The notes below the pieces were generated by a model. That model saw nothing but the letters and a program-made list of their open reading frames with translations. It made no database searches and was not told where the DNA came from. A DNA stretch of 64,000 nt from Tubiluchus corallicola (lineage: Eukaryota; Animalia; Priapulida), in assembly GCA_030141605.1 (NCBI GenBank), contig JAQGDQ010000052.1:744001-808000 (forward strand), read 5' to 3'. The position numbers and the translations under genes are program-made. This document shows, piece after piece, positions 46,540-60,112 of the stretch. Position 1 is the stretch's first letter. Every line of letters begins with the position of its first letter.

Positions 46540-47552
46540 TTTATAGTAAAAATCGATGAAGTTCCAATAAATCAAGTAAAATATACTAAGTTCTTAGGCA
46601 TCATCATTGATGAACACTTAACTTGGCAAGAACATCTTAGATTTATCGAAAGCAAAATCTCAAAAATCATAGGCATTATATATAGAGTTAGACACAAATT
46701 GCCTAGCTCAGTACTTGTATTATTATATAATTCTCTTTTTTTACCATATCTAAATAATTCGAACATTATTTGGGGAAGCACATACTCCAGTCGATTGAAA
46801 AAAATTCATCTGATTCAGAAGAAAATAGTGCGAGCTATAACATTTGCCGGTTATCAGGACCATACACAGCCAATATTTAAAAGACTAAAACTTTCTAAAC
46901 ATTTACGACATTAATAAGTTCCAAACTGCCATTTTCATGTACAAATTCTCTCATAAATTATTGCCTCCCTTATTTACTGATTATTTTTGTTTGAATGCTG
47001 AGATACATAATTACGGCACACGTTATAGGCTGCACTATCACTACATACAGTGTAACACTAATGTTAGAAAATTTTCTATTAAATACAATGGCCCTTACAT
47101 ATGGAATTCAATTGCTCCAGCTATTAAAAATGTCAACTCGCTTTCCATATTTAAAAAAATATATAAATTAAACTTACTCGAAACATATAACTGATGACTC
47201 AATCATGATTTGTTGTTTTCTTTTTCAAAAACTGTATAGTAAAATAAAATTTTTAATACTTCCCACCCGTATTTATATTTATATTTGTATATATTGTAAT
47301 GTTGTATCTATGTTGTATATGTAATGTTGTATATTGTAATGTTGTATATTGTAATGTTGTAATGTTGTATATATTGCAATTTTTTTCGTAATTCTAGTGG
47401 CCTACCATAAGCTAGCTTCCTAGGTCTCTAGCGCAGTATACATGAATTTTATCATATTTTTGTATTAACAAAACCTGATGCACATGTAATGTAATGTGAT
47501 GTATATGTATATGTTTAATGCGAAATAAATCTATTAAAATCTAAATCTAAAA
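46540..47552 (+). mobile_element. 5'-truncated LINE (Crack/L2-like) nested in the Gypsy LTR
   Basis: KFLGIIIDEHLTWQEH, LYNSLFLPYL...IIWGST...LIQKKIVRAI, HNYGTR, GPYIWNSI; AATAAA and (ATCTAA)n tail. Confidence 0.88.
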
Positions 47553-48988
47553 AACGAGGCCAGAGAGTAGGGTGTGAAAGGAGTGTGGCTTTACAATATG
47601 GTTGCTCTACTTGAGTTTTATCAGTTCTTAGTTTAAAGGACAATATTGCATTTATTAATGGCATTTCCTCAGCAGAAACAGAGTACTTTTACAATGGTTA
47701 TACTCAGTCTTTGTGATCCTGGGCTGTCCGTCATTTAGGAAGCCCCTAGAGACTTTGTCGTTTATGGTGGAGGAGACCAGGTCGTGAAATGGACTATTGG
47801 TAGTTCTCAGAGAGCCAGCCTGTGGTCGGTCTTCCTGTCAGTGTCTTCAGATACGCCGGACTTGATACAGCGCATTCCTCAGTCGATGAAGTTAATGCCA
47901 CGCCTGATGTTATCTAATTGCCTGTTTGAGAAAGTTACCGTTTGGGAAGCCTGCCGTCAGAGTGTTCCAGTACACGCCGCCGTCGACAGCGACAGTGACG
48001 AGGTTAAGCTAGCTAGCCAACGTGTGCACAGAGACTCACGATAAGCACTGTTTATGGTGTTTGTGATACATTTAAAATCCCGGGTAAAGTTTAAGACAGT
48101 AGCTAAACTATAATTTGTAGTATGTATTTGTTTATTATATCTCCAATGTGTTTTTCTTATGTTAAATAATATTGAGTTTATAGCTGATTGGTCGTTTGTC
48201 TATCTGTTCTGACAATGTTAGATTCTCGCGTTAAGGAAGCTCGCCAGGGACTCACAGCCTTAGATCAAATAAAGCTTGCTGTTTCTTTAAGTATTTATGG
48301 TGCGTTAGCACCAGTGTTATAGTGATAATCTTGCCATCCTGACATAAACACATTTACAGCATTTTAGACCAAACGGATTATCACAGTGGTGTCAGAATTT
48401 TTGCTGTGTCTGACCTCATTTACACTTCCTGTTCAGCGAGTATTTTAACGTTATCAGAACGTCTGTTTTGACTGGCGCTACTCGATATTTTAAGGTATAG
48501 AAGCCATACTAGGTAGGTTTGCAGTAGTAAGCTAAAGTTAAAGCAAATATAATATTTTACTTGCTTGAATTGCTGTAGTGAAAACTTTTCTTTCGGTCGA
48601 GAAAAACGTTTATTTTCGTTAAACAGGTCAAGAATAATTTATCACAAAACTTTTATTTGGAGGAGGCATGAGACGCTTGCTTCCTAAAGCTGCTATATGA
48701 ACAGCGCAGAATTATTTGGCTTCATTGCTGCGCTGTTAGTGTTAGTTTTGTTTAAATTATTCTTGCTGGTCAATTCTTAATAGCATAAACTGCGTAACTT
48801 GGTACTGCGTGAGTAGTTAGAAGTTGACCTTGAATGATTGTCAGAGCGATTGATCTTTGCCGCTCTTGTGTGGAGGCGTGACTGTAATATAGCAATCACA
48901 ACTCCTGCTGTGTAAATAAACAAATAAATACTTTTATTGCTCCATTCCAGTACAACTATTAAAACATAGAACAATAATAATAATATTA

Positions 48989-51367
48989 ATGGCGGAGCAT
49001 GCACGATATTCTCTAGCTCAGATGACACAAATGAAAAGAGATGACTTGTTTGAAGTTGCCAGAAAATTAGGCCTAGATTTTGAGTCCTCACTTACTCGTG
49101 CTCAGCTGATGGAACGAATTTATGAAGTCGCAGGTCTCCGTACTACTGTTGAGGAAGTTGATAAAGCGGGAGACAACTTCAGACCCTGAAAGTGACCCCG
49201 AGGCGGATCCAGGTTCTGGTGGACCAACTGGGATGCCTGTTCAGCAGAAATATGCACAGATGGGAGAGAGTAGAGATTTAAGCGTAAAGCCCAAGTCTTT
49301 GGGCACTACAAAACCTACAATGGGGACGCCTGTTGCAGGCTATAGTGCTCATAGTTCTGTTTTGGATGCCACTGCTCATACTCCGCCCCCTTTGCTGTTT
49401 CGCGATGCAACGATGGCTGAACAGTCTCTCCATGCACCTCCCCCTGGATATAGCATGCCAGACGTCTCTTTGGAAGCTTTGTCCGCTGTAACAGATAACC
49501 CAGCTCAAGTTTTACTCCAGCTTCAGCAACTCCGAGCTGAACAAGTGCGAGATGAGCGTAGATTAGCGGAAATGCAACTTGAGATGAAAAAGTTGGAATT
49601 TTCTGCAGTACACGCTGCGTGGTCAAACCCTGCTCATGGTTCTGCCATTAACTCAAGCTTGGATGCGCCCAATATCTCGACTGCTAATGTAATAAAACGT
49701 CTCACGTTTCGCATGTATGACGAAACAACGGAGGATATTGAGATTTTCTTGGACTGTTTTGCACAGTCAGCTACTGCTAATGCTATTCCTCAGGAATGCT
49801 GGGCTGCGTCCTTAGGCCCTGTTCTAACTGGAAAAGCTGCCATAGCTTACCAGCAGGTCCCACCTGAGCAACTACGAAATTATCCTGTTGTGAGACAAGC
49901 TGTGCTGTCTGCATATTTTCTGAGCCCGCACATTTACCTGAATCGGTTTAGAGCCATTGCAAAGCAGAATAATGAGAATTATAAGCAGTTGTTTCAGCGT
50001 TTAGAAAGAGGATGGAACACATATCTCAATGCAATTGAAGTCGAGTCTTTCGAAGGCGTAAATGAAGCCATTGTAATCGAACAAGGATTGCATTGCATGC
50101 CTAAAGAGCTTGCAACTTGGTTAAAGATGCAGCCTGACACGCTGAAGTCTATTAACAAAATGGCAGAAAGAGCTGATCAGTATATTGCGGCCACTGGTGG
50201 TTTATCAACCGTGAAAACAGGACAGCAGTCTCAACGTACGTTTAATAAGCCAACAAGTAGACAGTTAAGCAATGCTTCTCCTGGTAAAAGTGGAGTTGGT
50301 AACCAGAGTAGTTTCGGTGGTATTAGAGGATCAAGTACTGCTAGAATTCACTGTTTTAAATGTGGAAAACCCGGCCATCGTCGTAGTGAATGCAAAATGT
50401 CTTCGTCTATGCCTAACAGCTGGAGAATTCCACAAAAATCTGGTAACCAATTTTATGGTAAGGCGGCTGAACGCACCAAATCATATGAGAGCATGGAAAG
50501 TGTACCGGATCACACGTTACCCTATCGCTTCTCGGCTCGCATTAACGGCATCAAAGTGACAAGATGCCAGCGTGATACTGGTGCCAGCATCAGCGTCGTT
50601 CTACCCCAATGTGTTAGACCTGATCAGTATTTGGATAGAGCACCCCAATGTATCTTGTGCTTTTGTGGCCAATCAAATAACTGCAAGATGGCAGAAGTCG
50701 AAATAGAGGGACCTGACTTCTCTGGTCTTTTGACTGTTGGTGTAAACCCAACCTTACCCATGGATTTCTTGTTGGGCAATGATTTTGAGTCTGCACTACG
50801 GCCCTTTCCAAACTCGAGCGAAGTTTGTTCAGGAGCTCAAAGCTCTAAAAAGGGAAAGCTCAGGGTAGTGTCTGCCCCCAAGAAGGAAAATGGAAGCACC
50901 ACAGACAGTTCAAACACTGTTAGTGATACTGATGGGAACAATTTTTCTGGCGAGACTAAAACAGCTTTTGCAATTACTCGCTCTAAAGCTGCACAACGTA
51001 AAACGGAGGCTGAAAGAGATGTCCATTTGCAACAACAAGCATTTGCTCCAGTTGATGTCATTGGTCAAGTCAAATCGCACTCCAGCAAGCCAGCTAGCAC
51101 CGGCTTATTGAATTTAGAACTAGATCAGTTGCGAAAAGAGCAAGCAGAAGATGTCAGTATCAGGAATCTAATTGACAATGCAGTCACAGGAAAGAAGGCA
51201 TTGTCTGCCGGCAAAGGCTACTTTTTGCGGGATGGCATCCTTTACTATCTCTCTCATGACAGGAAAGCTGCAAACCCGCGTTCACTTTTAGTTCTGCCCA
51301 AGGGACGGAGAAAGGAAGTGCTCAGTCTTGCCCATGATAACAAACTCTCAGGACATTTTGGAATTAA
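48989..51367 (+). CDS. Gag-protease-integrase (N-terminus) polyprotein; one frameshift near 49122-49189; truncated
   Basis: SCAN-like capsid (W...LGPVLTGKA...Y...RFR...IEQ), CCHC knuckle CFKCGKPGHRRSEC, protease RDTGAS...LLGND, then integrase N-terminus LVLPKGRRKEVLSLAHDNKLSGHFG with no RT in between. Confidence 0.9.
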
Positions 51368-51393
51368 CAAACGGATTATCACAAGTTTCAGAC

Positions 51394-51967
51394 GGGCGGA
51401 TTAAGAATTATGCTAATAAGATTGGGCCCTAAATTTTGATAGGTCTTCAGTGTCCTGAAACCGACGACCAATAAAACTATTTTCGACAGGATAACAAAAT
51501 TATAAAATTGAATTTACTAACGCCTTGGGCCCTAAATTTTGATAGGTCTTCAGTGTCCTGAAACCGACGACCAATAAAACTATTTTCGACAGGATAACAA
51601 AATTATAAAATTGAATTTACTAACGGAGCAATAAATTTTCTTTGAAGACCCGCAGGACGCCACTAAGACGTTTTTCTACGTTGTTTTTCGTGGACGAGCA
51701 AAAATGACAATTTTTTAGAGGTTTTTCGTCCGCCATTCCTTAAAACAGCGTACACGAAAAACGTTTTAGTGGCACTTGATTGAGTTTTTTGGAGGGAAAA
51801 TTATAACTGAAAGAGGAAACCTGGGCTATGCAATGATGTGGGTCTCTTTTACTAATGCCTTTATCAGAATGAAGGGCTGTGAGTTAGTCTTGAGTGCTTA
51901 TATGTTGAGGGTTTTGAGGTCCTTCTTTTAGTGATAGCCTTAGGCCCATGAGACCCTTAATCCACCC
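51394..51967. mobile_element. MITE-like element containing an internal tandem duplication of about 100 bp
   Basis: gggcggattaag (51394) pairs with cttaatccaccc (51956-51967); 51422-51522 is repeated at 51525-51624. Confidence 0.6.
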
Positions 51968-53265
51968 CTTCAATTTAATAAAGAAAAGTTTTAATGTGAA
52001 GTATGTAATGTAGAGCTGGTGCTTCTCAAGCCTCCTCGACTAGTCAGTGATGAAGCTCTTTTTATTGTCAGGAGGCGGGGAAAAGATGGGTGAGTAGCTA
52101 ACGTAATCAGCTGAGATAAAAATATGTTTAGTTTAGTTTACGGTACGACTTCTTCCTGTACACAATAAAGAAAATGATAATTCGTAAATTTTCTATATCA
52201 AAAGATAATTCTCACTCTACGTTTCAGAATCTAAATTTTACAACACGTATTGCCAATTTGTTATGGATGAAGATAACAATCTTTACGCACGCAAAATCGC
52301 AAAGACGAACGGGTCACGAAAAAGAGGCTAATTAATTAGTCCTCTTCATAATCTTGTAAAGCACGCGACATTTGAATTAAAGAGTGAAAAGTCCTTTTGG
52401 CGACGGGTAAGACGGAAAGCTCGATTTGAGTGCACACTAACATATTGAACAACACCAAGGGTTGGAGAATATAACTTAACTCACTTTGGCATAACGTAAT
52501 CAGATCTCAATTACCCCATTTCAGGTGCGTCGTGCTACTTCTTAAAATCGAAACTGACTGATTCATGTTTGCCCCACAGGAGACAGGAACGAATCTTCGA
52601 AATGTGTAATCAAACCTAGATAGAAAACGAGATACATACATTTTCTCCTCATCAGCCTACACAAACAAGGAATTTATTAAAAAAAATAAAAGCTGAATTA
52701 ATTTTTACGTAATTTGTGAAAACTTTTCTTTTATTGTGCATACTAACGTTGTAACTAGAGTCCTTGCTCACGTCATACAAAATTCATACTTGAAAAGACA
52801 AAAAGAAATCTATAAACAATAACTGGTGTTTTGTGTAAATTTTGCTACAACTGATTGGTATTCTTGTACTATACGTGCCATGGCGTATTTCATTCAAATT
52901 TTGTAATCAGTACGCATTAAAGAACTATTTTTGCCTTTGTATGAGTCGTATAGGGGCTGTTCTGGTTTAAAGGGTTTTGTTAGAAAATCAGCCTAGCCAG
53001 CCAGCCTAGACTGTAAGGTACGAAATACGCCGTTAGCCGAAGTAAGACACACTCAATTCGTGACCTGCCTTTATATATAGTGGCCTACTTGGGCTGCCCA
53101 TGTATGATGCGTCCTACTTGGGTTAGCCCATATACGGCAATTGTTCTACTTCGGCTAGTATCCTACTTCGCTCCCTACGTAGACAACAAACGTAACTTTG
53201 AAACACTGGTGTGTGTTTTTGGATAATTCATTTCGATTATTTTTTTTCGATACGAAACCCCATAA

Positions 53266-53480
53266 ATTGCCTATGAGCTCTGACGCATAATGTAATCCGG
53301 TCACTACTGTGTAGTCAAAGCTGCTTTCCATCCAGTAAGTTCATAAGAGAATTATGCAGTTGTTTTTTTTCAATATGAAACTCCACATTTGCCTATGGGC
53401 ACTGACGCATAATGTAATCCGATCACCACTGTGTAGTCAAAGCGAAAGTTCCATCCAATAAGTGTGTACGAGAATTATTC
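53266..53480. repeat. Two-copy tandem repeat, period about 121 bp
   Basis: ttgcctatg.gc.ctgacgcataatgtaatccg.tcac.actgtgtagtcaaagc occurs twice. Confidence 0.8.
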
Positions 53481-54074
53481 ATAGGTCTTCCCAGTCAAAT
53501 GTAAACGTTCGCTAACATCAGATCTGACATAGTTCATTCAAAAATGACAATACAAACCTCCTTGTGACATAGGCCAGCTAAATGTGACAATTGGTCATCC
53601 GAATGTAGATAATAGTCACTTCAAGTTCGTCTTGGCACTTCAAATGTGATATAGGTATCAAAATGTGACAAAAGATTTGAAAACAAAGAAAATATTGCTT
53701 TTAGGATCTTTTAATTTGATAGCTCTTACGAGAAATGGCACCTATGTTATTGTAATGCAATTGAGTTCTATAATAAAATTAGAATGCGCTAAGTAGGAAG
53801 CAGATCTCCGCAGAAGCCGAACAATAACAATCCTAAACTTATTCGTTTAGTTCTTGTGATTAAAAATTGCGCAGGTAAAAATTATGATAAAACAAAGACA
53901 AACAAGCAAACATACAAAAATATACCTGTATTGGTATTATATAGACTATCTTAAAGACTCAAAGATATTTTATTCCTTAAAATAGAATTAAAATTAATAA
54001 TGCACGAATGTTCACATAGTGTTTTTGTACCTTTCTTTAACCATTAATTTAGGCGATGATAATAGACAGACATA

Positions 54075-54310
54075 CACACGTATTTACATACCAAGTCAGC
54101 TTACAAGGCTATATGCATTAATAAGAAAAGGTTATAGACAGCGTTTTCAAGCATGGATTTCTCGAAATGGGACCTGAAACCAACTCGTAGTTCTTTGTCC
54201 TGGTTTAGATAATTAAAAAAGAAATACAAATACTAAAAGCTAAACGATGTGCTTCACGAATGTTTTTTGCATGTGGTGTTCGGTCAAGTTTTGTAAGAAA
54301 AAACGAATAT
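54075..54310 (-). repeat. Dispersed repeat, inverted relative to 60660-60900
   Basis: For example gcttcacgaatgttttttgcatgtggtgttcggtcaagttttg is the diverged reverse complement of caaaacttgaccgaacaccgcgtaaaaaacgttcgtgaagc. Confidence 0.75.
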
Positions 54311-55239
54311 ATTTTGGCACCCGGCACCCGGCTTCCCCACAAAGCAAATTTTGTGGAAATCTGCCCTGTAGTTTTTGAGTAATATTTTTACTTTACGTTT
54401 TTACTTTACAACGACTTCACTTGCTGCGCTCGCATTGTTGACCTTGAACTTCTCTAGTTCACCGTTGACCTTGAAGCATGTCTATCTGCTGCTTGGGGGT
54501 TCGATATGCTCATCAATTGTACATGATTAACTTGATTGTTTAAATTTTCGGTGATACGATTAATCTCATTGATTCTCTTCTTAAACTAATATACGCTAAT
54601 CTTATTAACTTAATCGCTCAGGACTTGACCTAATTCTGCGTTGAGTTAATTCAGCGCTCAGTGAAAAACATCACATAATGTTATAGTTAATGATTTACCC
54701 TAGTTTCTTGCTGGATTTGCTAAAGCACAAATTATAATCTTTTCTTTTTTCATACATGGGTGTTAGCAATTTAAGGTTTACTGGTGTTGATATCATTTCT
54801 CACTAAATTCAGTTTAAAGTTTGGAATGTAAGTTTTACATTAAACAGTTAGAAATCAGAATGAGTTTAATTATGTTCATCATTTCAGTTCAACGAAACTT
54901 TAATCTCAGTTGTCTCAGTTATCAAAGTTATCATACGCAAAGAAAACTGTGGTATATCGGGATTTTTTTTGCAGTAATGGGTCGTATCAAATGGGTTCCG
55001 AAAATTAAGTATCGACATCGTATCGAAACGGAAAAAACCAATACAGGTACGAACACTAGCAAATAGTAATTATAACCATAAGCTGATACAATTTACGTAT
55101 AATAGGATTAATTTGTTAATTATTAGTAACTATAACACATGCATAAACCTGATACGCAGGTACCATTATACTTTATTATACTATTATACAAGAAAAATTA
55201 AAAAAAGAGTGTAGTGGGGACCGTGGGGAAGGGGTTGGT

Positions 55240-56340
55240 CGTTGAGGGCGTCGAATTACCTAGAGCCGGCCCTGGAAAAAACCATTGTAGACCACAAAAA
55301 TTCCTTTGAAGATTGTCGTGTAGCTGTTGGGGAGTCTAATGGAAACTCCGATGAAATTGTCAAGACACCAGAGAATTTCGCAGGCGTTACGGGAGATGCT
55401 AGTGAAACAAGATGGAAGACAGAAGCGTGTAGTGCATTTTGTTGATGAAACGGCAAATGATCCAGTTTTTGTGAATTTAGGGTAATATATAGAACTAATG
55501 TGCAGAGTTAAAAAAGGGACCCAAATGGAAGAGCCTATGTGCAGCATATGCATGAATCAAACACTTCATAACTGAAATGTCAGGATTGCACTGCCAAGAA
55601 GCCAGATGAAAGACTGCAGCTGGCTAGAGAAGAAGGGCTGTGCTTCAGATGCTTAAAGCCCAGTCGTAGAAGCGATGAGTGCCCACCTGAACAAGAGATG
55701 CAATGTCCGACAAAGGAATCATTCCACTTTCTTACACCTGAGTAAGAATGAGCAAGAGAAGCAGGGTGATGAAAATAGCAACTTGATAGAAAGCAACACT
55801 GGAGGCAAATGTAGGACCTCTATTGATACATTGAGAGGAATACTGTACGCAAATGATTATCCTGCCCAATGTAAATGTTCTTGTGCACTGAGAACACCAC
55901 TCGTGATTCTTGCTTTGTTGGGCACTGGAAGCACAAATACATTCTGTACTGTACAGCTAACCACTAAGGGGACATAAATGGAAATGATATTGCTTTACTA
56001 TCATTGCAACTTTAGAAAGAGACGACAGTGAATTTACAGCCAAGGTGGAGAATTTGCAAGTAATGAGTATAGAAAGCGAAGAATGCATAACACTTTCTGT
56101 AGTATACATCAGACCTACGTTGAGACTAAAGCCAGAAGACCTGCTCGATTGTAAGGATCTAAAAATGGCCACACTTGGATGGTATGCCCTTGGCCTCTGG
56201 TGTTCGGAGAGCCTGAACAGGTCATTATAATGCGCACCAGGGCTAGGATTCTTTTTGAGGTGAGAACAAGGTCAAGGGATGCTCATTAGACGTCCAATGA
56301 GGTGCCTTAAAGTGATCACTTAATGGGCCATTAGTGTACA
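55240..56340 (+). mobile_element. Degenerate BEL/Pao gag-protease relic
   Basis: Across frames: FVDETANDPVF, CSIC, ERLQLAREEGLCFRCLKP...C, RCNVRQRNHSTFLH (triple zinc-knuckle layout) and ALLGTGSTNTF (decayed protease DTGS). Confidence 0.8.
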
Positions 56341-57386
56341 AGCGCCCTCGTTCTTGTTCACAGAAGTGTTTTCTCGTATTAGCAACAGCTTTCCTAGTAT
56401 TGCCAAAACTTGCTTTTGGTGACACTAGAGTATAATTAGGAAAAGAGCCTGAGACGTAATTTCTTTTATGTTTAGTTAGTTCAATTAAATTTGTGAAGTT
56501 ATTTAAATCCGACCAGATACTTCAGTTTGTGAATTCGATTTGTGAATTTTTTGAAAGCAAGTCCGACCAACGGGTGATCTTTTTCTTAGTTGTTAATATT
56601 TTCCTTGTTATTTCTCTTTAGAATAAACGAGTTTGGAACATGAATCAATTTGTGAAAGCATATAACAGACAGTGCTTGTCATATTTAAGCTCTACTAACT
56701 GTTACGCAAAATACTGCAGAGTTTTGAATTTCAATAATTATTTCGTATGAACAGAAATTCTAGTTTCTAACATATTAAAATGGTTGCTTGTGATTGAGAT
56801 CGGGTCTGCGAAATATGTTGCCCAACTACGAGGAGACTTGGTAATTAGAAGAAATAGTAATCGAATAGAATAGAAATAGAAACAGCTAATCAAAATTTCA
56901 ATTACAAGCACAACAGAGAATTGTAACCGATTATTCTAAAAACCTGAATAATACGTTTTATTCTGCATTCTAACAATAGGTGGCGAAACATTAGTACAGT
57001 CTCTGACACATTCATGCATTCCAGGATAGGAATATTACCCATGCCACTTAAATAAATACATAAATACAAATAAATATTCAACAAACATAAAAATGATGAA
57101 ACCAATTATTCTTGATTCACGAATTTCTAGTAGACGTTTTTTTTATTTTATAGAAACGATCAGTGGCTGTTGGCTGTAGGAACATTAAGAGAAAAATTAA
57201 TTCTATTTGACTTCTCATCGTCTTTGTCGTCATCAGCAACATCATTACCGTCGTCGTCATCATCAGCAGCATTCTCTCATTATCATCACCATTGCCAAGA
57301 TCATCATCACAATAAGAGTCATCGTTACCGCATCCACCATCATAACTATGATCAGCAGCAGCATCATGACCATCATCTTATTCGAT

Positions 57387-57417
<31 letters not shown>

Positions 57418-57618
57418 TGACCAAGGTGATGGTCATGATGATGCTGCTGATGATACTTATAATGGTGGATGCGGGAACGATGATTCTTATTTATATATAT
57501 CATAATATATCTGGGCATATATGTTAATTATGCGTTGTTGGACGTGTTCCTGTATGGGTTGTTTTGTTAATGTGTGATTTGTTAATTGTACTTGAGTTTA
57601 TGTTCGTAAAATGAAGCG

Positions 57619-57663
<45 letters not shown>

Positions 57664-57834
57664 TAATATTATGGCAATACTAATTAAATGCCTAGTTAAT
57701 GTAGCCATTTTAGATGCGCACGACTGAGTGGTCTTGCGTGAGAATGATTTTTCTGTGCGGCACGCTTCAAATGCATCGCCTTCTTAACTTATAAAGCAGG
57801 AGCAGGTGTTGTGACTTACTCAAACAACGGGGAA

Positions 57835-57916
57835 ATGGTATTGACGTTGATATTGATGCTGGCGCTAATGATAGCGCGACAAGAAGCTCTTGCGCAAAAA
57901 ATAAATAGTAATAAAG
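57835..57916 (+). CDS. Putative first coding exon (signal peptide) of an unidentified secreted or membrane protein
   Basis: TATAAA at 57790; ATG...MVLTLILMLALMIARQEALAQKINSNK ending at a consensus AAG|GTAAGT phase-1 donor. Downstream exons were not found. Confidence 0.55.
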
Positions 57917-58759
57917 GTAAGTGTGTCACTTTTATGTTTAGTTTGGTAAGAAAATCAGTCGTTTAAGTAATCATTCAACATGGATAATGTATTTTCCACT
58001 CAATGACCTATACTTCTAAGTCAGTATAGGCCTATATGTTACAGGCAAAGTGTAAAACGGGTATTCCACAGAATGCCCAGACATCTTATGGAGTGCCAAA
58101 ACAAACAAGGAAAAGTGTCTAAAATAATTTGCTCTACACTTTTCCTAAGCATTACACATCTAATGCAAAAGTTTTATTAGGCAAAAAGCGTAAGTCACTT
58201 TCGGATATACTGTTACTAAGCATTTTATAGAATGTTCAATTAATTTTAAGTAATGTGAAAGTAAAATAAGTGGTCAATTGTTTTGATGAAATTTTCCTAG
58301 GCATTTTATATAATGCCAATTTTATTCTAGAGAATGTGTGAAATGAATCATGTTTTATACACTTGCCAATTTTTGTGTAAAAAAGGTAAGTAGCATTTTA
58401 ATGAAACATTCAGGTTGCATGATTATTTCAATCACAGATGCTGCCTATTGTAAAGTTTTGTATTTTTGGATTCGGATAGATAGTTGAGTGAGTGATTTTA
58501 AGCTTGGTCATGTTGTGTTGTTGTTGTTGTTGTCACAGTTATCTTTAAAGGTTATCAGAGGGCACAGTGTAGGAAACAGAAATTTTGCATGAAGATTTTG
58601 CAATTGGACATGTTGCGTGGGCAATACAATGGACCTGTTGCGTAGATCGTAACGGAGCCTTATTTTTCACTTTCCCAATATGGCCCTCAAATATGCCTGT
58701 TAAGTGGATCGCATCCGTTTTTCATTCTAATGCATTAAAGGAAAAGCACAAACAAAAAT

Positions 58760-59110
58760 TCGATGCTGTACTTACGTGAAGCTAAATCCTGCGTTGGCTC
58801 AGACCCAAACCATTTTGCAAACTTGCCTGATTCGTTAACAATTAAATTCAGCCAATGGATGCTTTCATCTCATCACTTAAAAGTTGAGACAGGAAGGTGG
58901 GCTAGACCACCGATAACTAGAAACTTTAGATTGCGTACCTGCGACGGTGTAAGCGTGCAAGATGAGGATCGTGTAGTTTTGGCATGTAAGAAAATGGACT
59001 GTATAAGAAACAAATATGACATCACTTTAAATACTTGGAATGGTTTTTTTAAATCTGGAAAATTAAGTATTAGCTAAATTTGCAAATGATATTTTACACA
59101 TTTTCAGCTG
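58760..59110 (+). mobile_element. LINE 3' coding relic (RTE-X-like)
   Basis: LSSHHLKVETGRWARPP...C...VQDEDRVVLAC. Confidence 0.7.
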
Positions 59111-59246
59111 AGTTGTTTGGTATTAATACTAATTTTTATGTTGTTAATACTGTGTCTGTGTCTCCGTGCATAGTACGAATATCTGTTTTTTGATGACTAT
59201 ATTGTAGAAATGATTACTGTAATAATATGGTCATATGTGACAATAA

Positions 59247-59411
<165 letters not shown>

Positions 59412-60112
59412 AATGTATCTGCCCAATCATGCATATTCTATTTTTTGTGAAAAAACAGACCTTGACATCAGTAAAAGCGTTCCATGATTTTCTAACGGAA
59501 GCCATTAACTGACTACTATCGCGTGTCAGTTTGTCAGTTCTGATCAATTTGCAAGGCGTTTATTTGCCCAAGTTAGGCTTAGTTACAAATGTTGTAAAGA
59601 AAAGACCGCTAGATTAAAAAATTTCATACTTAAAAGGAGAGAAGTGCTGAATGATCCGAGGTTTCTAAAATACCTTTTCTTTTCTTTATTAACCAAAGCC
59701 GAAAAAGCGTTATTAAAAGTGATACATATATTTTTATGCAGAACACTACCTACTAATCAAATAATCTATAAGTAAACCGTCTAGAAGGGGGGTAATGCCT
59801 GTGCTCTCTATAACACAGTATCTACACACTACCAACGAGTTAAGGCGAGAACAGGCTACTATAACATTCGAAATTCATATATGCCTAAAATTAGGTAAAT
59901 TACAAGAGTAAGATCACATACGCCATATTCATTACATTTACAATGTCAGAACGGTCAAAACTGGATTCTATCTATGCATGCGGCTTCGGTAAGTGCTTGA
60001 AGTTCATCACGATTGTTTTACACCTGCAACAGTCATCTACAAATGTTTACCAAATAAGGGCAAGAGTTTAATTATAATGAAAACTTGACTGTAGTCGAAA
60101 GCAATTCTGTTT

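Larger units (their letters stand above)
46154..51383 (+). mobile_element. Gmr1-like Ty3/Gypsy LTR retrotransposon, internally deleted
   Basis: TSD AGTTT at 46149-46153 and 51384-51388; 5' LTR TGTCACA (46154) to TTATCACA (48385); PBS TGGTGTCAGAA 48387-48397; the last 16 bp of the LTR (caaacggattatcaca) recur at 51368-51383. Confidence 0.88.

Noticed and set aside
47555-47580. Purine-rich tract before TGTGA as a PPT and LTR start
   Set aside because: The AGTTT TSD supports an LTR start at 46154, which places this tract inside the LTR.
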